Assembly: GCA_002269645.1 (NCBI GenBank)
Contig: NIVC01001824.1
Location: forward strand, 110,073-174,072
Source: Macrostomum lignano
Lineage: Eukaryota
DNA: 64,000 bases
Direction: 5' to 3'
Part shown: piece by piece, positions 29,686 to 40,924 of the stretch
Layout: every line of letters begins with the position of its first letter
Position numbering within the stretch: the first letter of the stretch is position 1
Program-made: the position numbers and the translations under genes
The notes under the pieces: generated by a model
The model's input: the letters and a program-made list of their open reading frames with translations, nothing else
Database searches by the model: none
Told to the model about the DNA's origin: nothing

Positions 29686-31963
29686 ATGGCGTCCCCTTGG
29701 TGCTGGCGCCCTTTAGTTATGGCGCCCCTTGGTGCTGGCGCCCCTTGGTGCTGGCGCCCCTTGGTGCTGGTGCCTCTTTGGTGCTGGCTCGGCCCTGGTG
29801 ATGGCATCCTGGTTCTGGCGCCCCTGGTGTTAGCGCCCCTGGTGCTGGCGCCCCTGGTGCTGGCGCCCCTGGTGCTGGCGCCCCTGGTGCTGGCGCCCCT
29901 GGTGCTGGCGCCCCTGGTGCTGGCGCCCCTTGGTGCTGGCGCCCCTGGTGCTGGCGCCCCTGGTGCTGGCGCCCCTGGTGCTGGCGCCCCTGGTGCTGGC
30001 GCCCCCGGTGCTGGCGCCCCTGGTGCTGGCGCCCCTGGTGCTGGCGCCCCTGGTGCTGGCGCCCCTGGTGCTGGCACCCCTGGTGCTGGCGCCCCTGGTG
30101 CTGGCGCCCCTGGTGCTGGCTCCCCTGGTGCTGGCGCCCTTGGTGCTAGCGCCCCTGGTGCTGGCTCCCCTGGTGCTGGCGCCCCTTGGTGCTGGCGCTC
30201 CTTGGTGCTGGCGCCCCTTGGTGCTGGCGCCCCTTGGTGCTGGCGCCCCTGGTGCTGGCGCCCCTTTGGTGCTGGCGCCCCTGGTGCTGGCGCCCCTGGT
30301 GCTGGCGCCCCTGGTGCTGGCGCCCCTGGTGCTGGCGCCCCTGGTGCTGGCGCCCCTGGTGCTGGCGCCCCTGGTGCTGGCTCCCCTGGTGCTGGCGCCC
30401 TTGGTGCTAGCGCCCCTGGTGCTGGCTCCCCTGGTGCTGGCGCCCCTTGGTGCTGGCGCCCCTTTGGTGCTGGCGCCCCTGGTGCTGGCTCCCCTGGTGC
30501 TGGCGCCCCTGGTGCTGGCGCCCCTGGTGCTGGCGCTCCTTGGTGCTGGCGCCCCTTGGTGCTGGCGCCCCTTGGTGCTGGCGCCCCTGGTGCTGTCGCC
30601 CCTTTGGTGCTGGCGCCCCTGGTGCTGGCTCCCCTGGTGCTAGCGCCCCTGGTGCTGGCGCCCCTTGGTGCTGGCGCTCCTTGGTGCTGGCGCCCCTTGG
30701 TGCTTGCGCCCCTTGGTGCTGGCGCCCCTTTGGTGCTGGCGCCCCTTTGGTGCTGGCGCCCCTTTGGTGCTGGCGCCCCTTTGGTGCTGGTGCCCCTTGG
30801 TGCTGGCGCCCCTTTTGGTTCTGGCGCCCCTGGTGCTGGCGCCCCTGGTGCTGGCGCCCCTGGTGCTGGCGCCCCTGGTGCTGGCGCCCCTGGTGCTGGC
30901 GCCCCTGGTGCTGGCGCCCCTGGTGCTGGCGCCCCTGGTGCTAGCGCCCCTGGTGCTGGCGCCCCTTGGTGCTGGCGCTCCTTGGTGCTGGCGCCCCTTG
31001 GTGCTGGCGCCCCTTGGTGCTGGCGCCCCTTTGGTGCTGGCGCCCCTTTGGTGCTGGCGCCCCTGGTGCTGGCGCCCCTTGGTGCTGGCGCTCCCCTGGT
31101 GCTAGCGCCCCTGGTGCTGGCGCCCCTTGGTGCTGGCGCTCCTTGGTGCTGGCGCCCCTTGGTGCTTGCGCCCCTTGGTGCTGGCGCCCCTTTGGTGCTG
31201 GCGCCCCTTTGGTGCTGGCGCCCCTTTGGTGCTGGCGCCCCTTTGGTGCTGGTGCCCCTTGGTGCTGGCGCCCCTTTTGGTTCTGGCGCCCCTTTTGGTT
31301 CTGGCGCCCCTGGTGCTGGCGCCCCTGGTGCTGGCGCCCCTGGTGCTGGCGCCCCTGGTGCTGGCGCCCCTGGTGCTGGCGCCCCTGGTGCTAGCGCCCC
31401 TGGTGCTGGCGCCCCTTGGTGCTGGCGCTCCTTGGTGCTGGCGCCCCTTGGTGCTGGCGCCCCTTGGTGCTGGCGCCCCTTTGGTGCTGGCGCCCCTTTG
31501 GTGCTGGCGCCCCTTTGGTGCTGGCGCCCCTTTGGTGCTGGCGCCCCTTTGGTGCTGGTGCCCCTTGGTGCTGGCGCCCCTTTTGGTTCTGGCGCCCCTG
31601 GTGCTGGCGCCCCTGGTGCTGGCGCCCCTGGTGCTGGCGCCCCTGGTGCTGGCGCCCCTGGTGCTGGCGCCCCTGGTGCTGGCGCCCCTGGTGCTGGCGC
31701 CCCTGGTGCTGGCGCCCCTGGTGCTGGCGCCCCTGGTGCTGGCGCCCCTGGTGCTGGCGCCCCTGGTGCTGGCGCCCCTGGTGCTGGCGCCCCTGGTGCT
31801 GGCTCCCCTGGTGCTGGCTTCCCTGGTGCTGGCTCCCCTGGTGCTGGCTCCCCTGGTGCTGGCGCCCCTTTGGTGCTGGCGCCCCTTTGGTGCTGGCGCC
31901 CCTTGGTGCTGGCGCCCCTTGGTGCTGGCGCCCCTTTGGTGCTGGCCCTCCTTTGGTGCTGGC
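29686..31963 (-). repeat. same 15-bp satellite in opposite orientation, right arm, with internal higher-order repeats
   Basis: GTGCTGGCGCCCCTG tandem copies sharing rare variants with the left arm. Confidence 0.97.
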
Positions 31964-32143
31964 ACCGAGTCGTACTGTCCACAGTCGGTACAGGATAACG
32001 ATAACTCCCTCTCTCTCGCCCTTGTGACGCAGCTTCCTGCTGAAAATGTCTTGGTCTGCTCTTGGCATTTCCTGGAATCGGACTTCATCACCGATTATGA
32101 TCAACTATATGCTCAACAGCACTAAATTGATTGATTCTAATTT

Positions 32144-32412
32144 GAGGGCGTCGCACCCAGGATGGACAACAGGGGGGACATGCCCCCTCCCTGTAAAAGC
32201 TATTAAACCAATGCTTTGTCCCCCCGTGAGCCGTTCATGTGGCTTCAGGGCGTCAAAGTGATTGTCTGCGGCGCCAAAATGAGTGCTAACAACACCGATT
32301 CTCATAATAATGTTACACGTAGGAATTTAGTCATGTACATACAAAATTATTGGCGTTGTCCCTAATCCACAATTTTATCTCCAAGCATGCAAAATTCATT
32401 GCGTCGCCCCTG
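32144..32412 (+). mobile_element. hAT-type MITE, ~270 bp
   Basis: Imperfect TIRs GAGGGCGTCGCA / TGCGTCGCCCCTG. Interior homologous to 27560-27660. No clear TSD. Confidence 0.55.
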
Positions 32413-33584
32413 TGGGTTGCCATTTAATTTTTAAGAGCCACCAACACTCATTGATGCTACACATGTGCGACTGTATAGTATACTATAGTGGCCGAGTTAA
32501 TTTCGGTCTAAATTTAGCATGCAGATGAAGACATTTTTGCTTGCTATAATTGAATGCATTTTTTATCCTGCTTTTTAACCTGTCGGGGCTCCATACAATT
32601 ATTTGCCCATCTGTCACATCCACAGACAGATCTGTGCTGATGCTATAGCGCAGCATGACAAAATCACAATATTTCGGTCATGCACTTGCAAAAAGGGTTA
32701 ACAAAACAAATATTAAAGCTGACAGCACTGACAAAAACAAGTCAGTGCAGAGTCTGAAATTTCTGAAGCCTATATTTTTGCAAATTGTGTGTTCATTATT
32801 AATGTTTTTTTTTCGTTCCGGAGTCTATAGGGTTGGGTGGAAACTATAACAAGGCAAAGGAAAAAAAAAGAAAAAGTTCAGGACAGGCAGGAGCTCTGGC
32901 TGCACTGACTAGGCACTTACGCACCTAAAAAAACAAAAAAAAATAATAATTCATGCACAACTCCCTGTGCCTGACCAATTTTAGCCACATGCACAAGCCC
33001 CAAATGAATATTGGCCGCTAACGGAATCGAACCAAGAATTAGAGCGAGACTCAGACGCGTTTTACCGCTGACCTGCTCTCTCTACTCAACACCCCTCCCT
33101 ACTCTACCGTACAGTAGCTGCTGCAGATGAGTAGCGAAGAGCGCGCAAATTTCAAAAACAAAAATATTTTCGCGTCGCACAGCGAATCACAATGAATGAG
33201 TTCAGGCGGAACTGTGTGCTGCTCAAGCAGACTAACTGCAACCGTTTCTGGACCAGCCATGCCAATGGCAATAACAACAACAATAACAATAAAAAACGGC
33301 CATTGCAGCGCACGGAAGCAAAAAAATGACTCTGAAAATCAAGGACCTCTAAAAATTGCACCGCTGGACTGGAAGCCAGAACTTAGATTTTGACGCTTTT
33401 AATGCAGGGGCAAACGCGTTTTGTGCGTTTGCACAAATCTTAATTCTTAAAATGTGCTGTGACTCTTGGGGAGAATATCTGAGATGTCAAGGCTAAGGTC
33501 AGAAGCTACATGTAGTTTACTCAAATATTTGTATTGCAAATTTGAAATTTGAAAATGATTATTGCACTAGATAAGAAAGGAACT

Positions 33585-33765
33585 ACTGAACTAGCTGAGG
33601 AAATTTTGTATAGCTTGCTGGGGAGGGTACTTGCTATCAGAGGGATGCTTGCTGGGGAGAATTGCTGAGATGTCAAGTCTTGCTGGGGGATTGCTAAGAT
33701 GTCAATTGGCTTACTGGGGAATTGCTGAGATGTCAAGTCTTGGGGGACTAGCTGAGATATAAAGG
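33585..33765. repeat. degenerate ~30-bp repeat (GGGGAATTGCTGAGATGTCAAG)
   Basis: Several spaced copies visible. Confidence 0.6.
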
Positions 33766-33928
33766 TTGAGGTCAGAAGTTTATTTAATAATTTTTATTAC
33801 ATTCTTTGTTAGCTCCCCAACGAGGGGGCTTAGATTGCTAATCTTAATTCTAAAAAAATTCAGCAACAAGGGTTGGCCATCTCACCAGTCAGGTTATTAA
33901 CTATTTTATTATTTTCCATCACATGAGC

Positions 33929-34563
33929 CAGGGGTCGGCAAGCTCCGGCCCCCAGGCCACATATGCGGCCCGCAAAGCCTCTTCATCCGGCCCTCGCAGT
34001 GATTTGAAACTGCATGCACAATAGCAATCCGGCCCGCTCGATGTTTGTCTCTTCTCAGCGTTCTTCTCTCCCCTCTTCTTCTCTCCTCTCTCCTCTCCTC
34101 TCCCTTTCCTACTCTCCCTCTATCTTCTCTTTTCTACTCTCCTAACCAAATTCATCTCTCCTCTCCTCTCTCCTTATTGCTCCTTTATTCCCTCGCTTCT
34201 CCCTTCTCCTATCTCCCTTTTTTATTCACTCTCATCTCCTCCTTCCTCCGGACGGCAATCATGCTCTAGGTTCTTTATCTGGCCCTTGGGGTAATAAAGT
34301 TTGCCAACCCCTGCTCTAGGTTCTTTATCTGGCCCTTGGGGTAATAAAGTTTGCCAACCCCTGCTCTAGGTTCTTTATCTGGCCCTTTGGGTAATAAAGT
34401 TTGCCAACCCCTGCTCTAGGTTCTTTATCTGGCCCTTGGGGTAATAAAGTTTGCCAACCCCTGCTCTAGGTTCTTTATCTGGCCCTTGGGGTAATAAAGT
34501 TTGCCAACCCCTGCTCTAGGTTCTTTATCTGGCCCTTGGGGTGAAAAAGTTTGCCGACCCCTG
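33929..34563 (+). mobile_element. hAT-Charlie-like MITE with a CT-rich interior and a 6 x 50-bp tandem amplification of its right end
   Basis: Perfect 13-bp TIR CAGGGGTCGGCAA / TTGCCGACCCCTG. The start resembles MER58-type Charlie MITEs as recalled. 50-bp units at 34264, 34314, 34364, 34414, 34464 and 34514. No matching 8-bp TSD. Confidence 0.8.
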
Positions 34564-34574
34564 ACTTATATGTA

Positions 34575-34930
34575 TTGTATGTACACAGCTTGTGTGTGCT
34601 CAGGACCATGTCGCTGGTTGTGGTACCATGTCGCCAAAGGCGTTGCACCAGGGGTGCCCAAAAGTCCGTTTAGCTTTGTCCGTTAATCCACGAAATGGAT
34701 GTTCAAATATTTTTTAGGTGACTGGGCAGTTCGGACACTTGCCGGGGCAGCCCAAATGCCGCCACACACACAGCCTCAGTTACCACCAGCTAATGCTGGC
34801 ACCCATTTTTACAGCTGGGTGAACTGCAGCAATGCAGAGTTAAGTGTCTTGCTCAAGGCACAAATTGTTCCGAATGGGTCGGGAATCGAACCCCCGACCT
34901 TCCAGTCGTAAGTCCAGTCCCTAGTAATAG
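34575..34930 (-). mobile_element. tRNA-derived SINE
   Basis: The minus strand has a B-box GGTTCGATTCCC (34881-34892), then TGTGCCTTGAGCAAGACACTTAAC...CACCCAGCTGTAAAAATGGGTGCCAGC, a core typical of widespread animal SINE2 families. A-box degenerate. Confidence 0.7.
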
Positions 34931-35367
34931 ACGTGATACAGAGTACAAAAGTAAAATAATGGACACTTCTTATAGGCGTCAAGCTGGCTTCCATTCCAGC
35001 GGCGCAGTTGGCAGAAGTCCCTGGCGCAACCTACAAAAAACCATGAAAGAGCCCCCTGACCCAATACTTCTCTGTTTTCGCGTAAAAAAACAGGACGACA
35101 AAAGCGGAAAGCTCAGGTCAGACTTCCCATCTAAGCATAGTTGTACTGTTGGAGATTTATGACCAACTGTAAAAAGTGAACTCTGCTCACCGGTTCGGAT
35201 AGACCAGCTTGTTTTCAACCCCCGCCCTGCCCCATTATTTTCTGATTGCGAATGCAGTCAACCGCAAATTAAAAAATACAGTTACCTGAGTTTGACAACA
35301 CAGTTATTGTATCTCAGCTACAGGGCCAAACAAACAAACTTGCTTACCTCGGGTCAGATCAGCATAC

Positions 35368-36655
35368 TCGAATTCCCCTCAGATCCCAAATACTAGAATT
35401 TCCCGGAGATCCCAAGTACCTGAATTCCCCTGAGATCCCAAATACCGAAATTCCCCTCAGATCCCAAATACCGGAATTCCCCTCAGATCCCAAATACCAG
35501 AATTCCCCTCAGATCCCAAATACCAGAATTCCCCTCAGATCCCAAATACCGAAATTCCCCTCAGATCCCAAATATCAGAATTCCCCTCAGATCCCAAATA
35601 CCAGAATTCCCCTCAGATCCCAAATACCAGAATTCCCCTCAGATCCCAAATACCAGAATTCCCCTCAGATCCCAAATACCAGAATTCCCCTCAGATCCCA
35701 GATACCAGAATTCCCCTCAGATCCCAGATACCAGAATTCCCCTCAGATCCCAGATACCAGAATTCACCTCAGATCCAAAATAACAGAATTCCCCTCAGAT
35801 CCCAGATACTCGAATTCCCCTGAGATCCCAAGTACCTGAATTCCCCTCAGATCCCAAATACCAGAATTCCCTTCAGATCCCAAATACCAGAATTCCCGTC
35901 AGATCCCAACTACCCGAATTCCCCTGAGATCCCAAATACCAAAATTGCCCTCAGATCCAAGATCCCAGAATTCCCCTCAGATCCCAAATACCAAAATGCC
36001 CCTCAGATCCCAGATACCAGAATTCCCCTCAGATCCCAAATACCAAAATGCCCCTCAGATCCCAGATACCAGAATTCCCCTCAGATCCCAAATACCAGAA
36101 TTCCCCTCAGATCCCAAATACTCGAATTCCCCTTGAGATCCCAACTACCGAATTCCCCTCAGATCCCAAATACTCAACTTCCCCTGAGATCCCAACTACC
36201 CGAATTCCCCTCAGATTCCAAATACCAGAATTCCTCTGAGATCCCAAATACCAGAATTCCCCTTAGATCTGAAATACCAGAATTACCCTCAGATCCCAAA
36301 TACTCGAATTCCCCTCAGATCCCAAATACCAGAATTCCCCTCAGATCCCAAATACTCGAATTCCCCTTGAGATCCCAACTACCGAATTCCCCTCAGATCC
36401 CAAATACTCAACTTCCCCTGAGATCCCAACTACCCGAATTCCCCTCAGATTCCAAATACCAGAATTCCTCTGAGATCCCAAATACCAGAATTCCCCTTAG
36501 ATCTGAAATACCAGAATTACCCTCAGATCTGAAATACCAGAATTCCCCTCAGATCTCAAATACCAAAATTCGATCTCCAATACCAAAATTCCCCTCAGAT
36601 CTCAAATACCAAAATTCCCCTCAGATCCCACATACCAGAATTCGCCCGAGATCCT
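35368..36655. repeat. 26-bp satellite (GAATTCCCCTCAGATCCCAAATACCA)
   Basis: Tandem copies over ~1.3 kb. Confidence 0.96.
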
Positions 36656-37294
36656 ACAAAAAGTGCATGTGGCGCCAATATAAGTGTCTGCGGTGCTAAT
36701 GAGTACTAACAACACCAATTCCAAAATTAGTATTTTAGATTTTGGATTCTCGATTTCGTTCCCCCATCACCATGCATCCATAAAATGAATGTTGCTCGCC
36801 TGTGTACGGCTAAATGAGGCACAAGGAAATATTCCGTTTTCCGGTTCACACAGGAAAGTTTCCCTAGTAGGAGTCCTTGTCCTTGCACTTTGCTCGTATA
36901 ATGTTCTTGTAATTGAGTTGGACTGGCGCCAGGCTTCAACCCCAGGCCTCTGCTACCAGACACATTGCCCTAAAAAAACTTGGTAGAATGGTAGAAGGGT
37001 GTAAGGTTTCCCGTTCCCATCACCTTTTCCAACAAACAAAGACTCATGTTTCAGTACGGAAAGATACATATGATATAAGCCTACGGGTTTTCCGGTTTTC
37101 TTATCTATAATTTCGTTTCATCTGCACTTCTGCACTCTAAAATACGAGTACCATGGAAAACTGTGTACTAGGGCTTGTCTTGAAATTCAGTCGATTTTTA
37201 TGCTGCAAGTTGCAACTGATTAACTAAGCAGACTGTTGCGAAGGGGCATTGTGGACACGCGGTAAGAGGGACACTTAAGGCAACAAGAAAACCA

Positions 37295-37326
37295 ACAGAC
37301 ACACAGACAGAGGCTGACAGTCAGTC

Positions 37327-37363
<37 letters not shown>

Positions 37364-37475
37364 CAGGCAGACAGACAGACAGACACAGGCCGACAGACAG
37401 ACACAGGCCGACAGACAGACAGAACATCAGAAAGACAGACAGACAAACACCAGAAAGACAGACAGACACAGGCAA
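37295..37475. repeat. (CAGA)n-type microsatellite
   Basis: Directly visible. Confidence 0.9.
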
Positions 37476-38007
37476 ACGGTGATAAAAGGGCAGTTCAACA
37501 CAGAAGAGCATTCATTAATTGAATACAAAACCGGACTCCAAACTACATTGCGGAATATGAATTCAGCCGTTTTTAGTTCAAAGTTCAATCTAGGTTCAAT
37601 TGAAACAGCTTAGAGGCTAGAGCACCCGAGTACCTGAATATAGCAACCCCAGAGGCTAAATTGCTTTGTTCTGCACAAAGAACAGAATGGCAGGCCAGGC
37701 CAGCGTGCAAGGCGTTTAGTGTCCATGGTTCAGGCCGTGGGGTTCTATTATGCACGGACTGAGTGATCAAAGAGGCGCCGCCGCAGCCACCAACAGCCTT
37801 TGTTTCTTATACGGTATAAGAAAATTTCTCGAAGGGGATTTAATTGTAATGGTTTAATTTCCCGGAAAAAGGCGTTATATCGTACATTTGTCTATACAGA
37901 ACAGGTTGTGAGATGCCATCCTCAACCCTCATGGCACCCCTCTGCTAACTACTCGTAATAATGATTACTGCCTTTGTATAAGCAACTCCTGAGCAGTCGA
38001 TTCCATA

Positions 38008-38515
38008 AAAGGCGATTTTCTAAGATGCAGTTCCTTTTGAGGCGATCTTCTAAGATGCAGGTCCTAAAGAGGCGATCTTCTAAGATGCAGGTCCTAAAGA
38101 GGCGATTTTCTAAGATGCAGTTCCTTATGAGGCGATCTTCTAAGATGCAGGTACTAAAGAGGCGATCTTCTAAGATGCAGGTCCTAAAGAGGCGATCTTC
38201 TAAGATGCAGGTCCTAAAGAGGCGATCTTCGTAGATGCAGTTCCTTAAGAGGCGATCTTCTTAGATGCAGTTCCTTAAGAGGCGATCTTCTTAGATGCAG
38301 TTCCTGCAGAGGCGATTTTCTAAGATTCAGTTCCTTAATAGGCGATCTTCTAAGATGCAGTTCCTTAAGAGGCGATCTTCTTAGATGCAGTTCCTTAAGA
38401 GGCGATCTTCTAAGATGCAGTTCCTAAAGAGGCGATCTTCTAAGATGCAGTTCCTTAAGAGGCGATCTTCTAAGATGCAGGTACTAAAGAGGCGATCTTC
38501 TAAGATGCAGTTCAT
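38008..38515. repeat. 30-bp minisatellite (AAGAGGCGATCTTCTAAGATGCAGTTCCTT)
   Basis: About 17 copies, period 30. Confidence 0.96.
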
Positions 38516-39469
38516 AAAAAGCGACTTTTTAAGATGGGATAAAAAGTTTCTTAAAATAATAAGAGCTGCCTTGTCATAGAAGATTATCTTTGTTGAAAAG
38601 AAACAGATTGAGCAGATTGAATTAAACGTATAAAAGTACCAAAATAACAACAAGAAATGACAGAAAAATTAATTTCACGTCGATAGTAAGCTTGCCAGAT
38701 AAAAACTGATAGCAACTGCATATTTATTTCGAATCGAATTATTGACTTGGATATTAAAGCATTGATTAATATAATATTTATTGTTATAATAATAGCCGGA
38801 TAATAAGGGTAGTAACAGGTAAAGATTAGCATTTTAATTAAGAACTTGAAACAATTGAAAAAAAGCAGGCATACGAGTATAATGACTGTAATTAACACAC
38901 GAAAGCTAGATAGTCTACTGAGAAAAGATTGACCAGTAGTAGAGATACAATATAAATGTTTTTTTTCATAGGGGATATTTGCACAAAAATGAGATAAACT
39001 GACAGACTGAATAAATTAAAAACTTTTTAAAAAGCTGATTTCACGCGGATTGCACCCAGTTAACCGAGAGAGACAACAATAAAAAAGTTTAACGATCTGT
39101 AATCAATATAATGAACTGATTAAAAAATTGAGATAAAACTCTTTTTGAAAATAATAGACATATTTTAACACAGCAAGTTCGACATTTAAGTTAAAATTGG
39201 ACAAGTCTCAACCGCTGTCTCCAATAAAACTCAATTCTGATTTCCAGTGCCGGGCCTTGTCTGCAAATTTTGCAAGAATAAAATGAGTCGCCAAAATTAA
39301 AATTTATGTCCAATTTCGGTCATGACTCACTGCCTACTCCCTGTCTACCCCAATTCCATGTATATCCACATTGATCCCCTATCAACCCCCATTGACTCCC
39401 CCTACAACCCCCAGCCTACTACCCCATCGACTTCCGTGGCTACTAGTATTATCCCCATCGAACTCGAAC

Positions 39470-39748
39470 TCCTGACCATCACAATGACCTCAACTAAACA
39501 TCACAATGACCATCACTGACCATCACAATGACCTCAACCGACTGTTACTGACCATCACTGACCTCAAATGACTGTCACTGACCTCAACTGACCATCACTG
39601 ACCATCACTGACTGTCACTGACCATCACTGACCTGACCATCACTGACCATCACTGACCTGACCTCAACTGACCATCACTGACCACCACTGACCATCACTG
39701 ACCTCAACTGACCATCACTGACCTCAACTGACCATCAGTGACCATCAA
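39470..39748. repeat. 10-bp repeat (ACTGACCATC)
   Basis: Directly visible, downstream of the LITAF-like stop. Confidence 0.88.
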
Positions 39749-39823
39749 TAAACATCATATTTCTCCAATAAATGACTCACATGTGGCGCAGAAACCCTCA
39801 AACTCGACGCGTGCTGAAGCTGC

Positions 39824-40924
39824 TCAAACTCTGGAAAATTTGCCCAATTTGTGATTGCAATTAGGGCAGGTATGAACAACATCTTTGCAGCTATCCAAGC
39901 AGAACGGTATCAGACAGCAGCCAAGATCGCAGCCAATCAGGCAGATGCCAACGCAAGCCAAATAGGTCAGCAGACCGTCTTGAAACCTGATGCAAGTAAT
40001 GATCTGCTGGTTGCAGAACTGGCAGACTGTGTTCACCGGTACGTCTCTAAAGTTTTGATTGGTCATCACCACGACAGTGGTTGGCTGGGCAGTCACCACG
40101 GGCGCGTAGCCGCCTCCGGGTGCATGAGACGTAGGCGGATACCCCGGCTGCGCTTGGTAACCGCTCGAGACAGCGTACTGCTGACCCTGAATAGAGAGAG
40201 TGCGGAGATTTGTGCTTATGCTTAACTAGATAGCTAGACATCAATCAGTCACTGGCTATTTAGAAATAATCAGTCAGTGAGCCAATGAGTGAGCGAGTCT
40301 GTCAGTCAGTGAGCCAGTGAGTGAGCGAGTCTGTCAGTCAGTGAGCCAGTGAGTGAGCGAGTCTGTCAGTCAGTGAGCCAGTGAGTGAGCGAGTCTGTCA
40401 GTCAGTGAGTCAGTGAGTGAGTGAGCGAGTCTGTCAGTCAGTGAGTCAGTGAGTGAGTCGGTGAGGCAGTGAGTCAATGAGTTAGTCGGTGAGTCAGTGA
40501 GTCAATGAGTCAATGAGTGAGTCAGTGAGTCAATGAGTGAGTCAGTGAGTCAATGAGTGAGTCAGTGAGTAGTTACTAGTTAGTGAGTCAGTGAGTAGTT
40601 ACTAGTTAGTGAGTCAGTGAGTCAGTGAGTGAGTCAGTGAGTCAGTGAGTGAGTCAGTGAGTCAGTGAGTAGTTAGTGAGTCAATGAGTCAGTGAGTGAG
40701 TCAGCGAGTGAGTCAGTGAGTCATACTCATTCACTTTGTTCCGCTGATCCCTGAACACGCACGCTTACCTGAGGTGGATACGACCCGCCCTGAGGTGGAT
40801 ACGACCCGCCCTGAGGTGGATACGACCCACCCTGCGGTGGATACGGCATAGCCTGCCCTGGCGGGCCCTGCTTCTCACTATCACCAGCAACAGCTGTGTA
40901 AGGTGGCGGCGGCGGTTCAGACAT
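39824..40924 (-). CDS. LITAF: LITAF/CDIP1-family protein, 2 exons (40924-40769, 40186-39824), ~172 aa
   Basis: N-terminal PPPPPY (PPxY) and three YPPQGGS repeats. In-phase GT-AG intron. LITAF domain with CQFC, hydrophobic GLLTYLACVGICLIGCDLGCCLIPFC, and HTCPNC. Confidence 0.95.
40265..40725. repeat. (GAGT/CAGT)n microsatellite in the LITAF intron
   Basis: Directly visible. Confidence 0.93.

Noticed and set aside
28041-32125. Very long ORFs (up to 795 aa) of GAPGA / APGAP / LVLAP / WCWRP repeats resembling elastin, silk or collagen-like proteins
   Set aside because: The 15-bp unit has no stop in any frame, so ORFs appear on both strands in several frames. Frequent 1-nt indels shift frames freely, and there is no signal peptide or splice support.
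34870-34930. tRNA gene
   Set aside because: Only a B-box and T-arm-like part is present; there is no full cloverleaf, and a SINE core follows.
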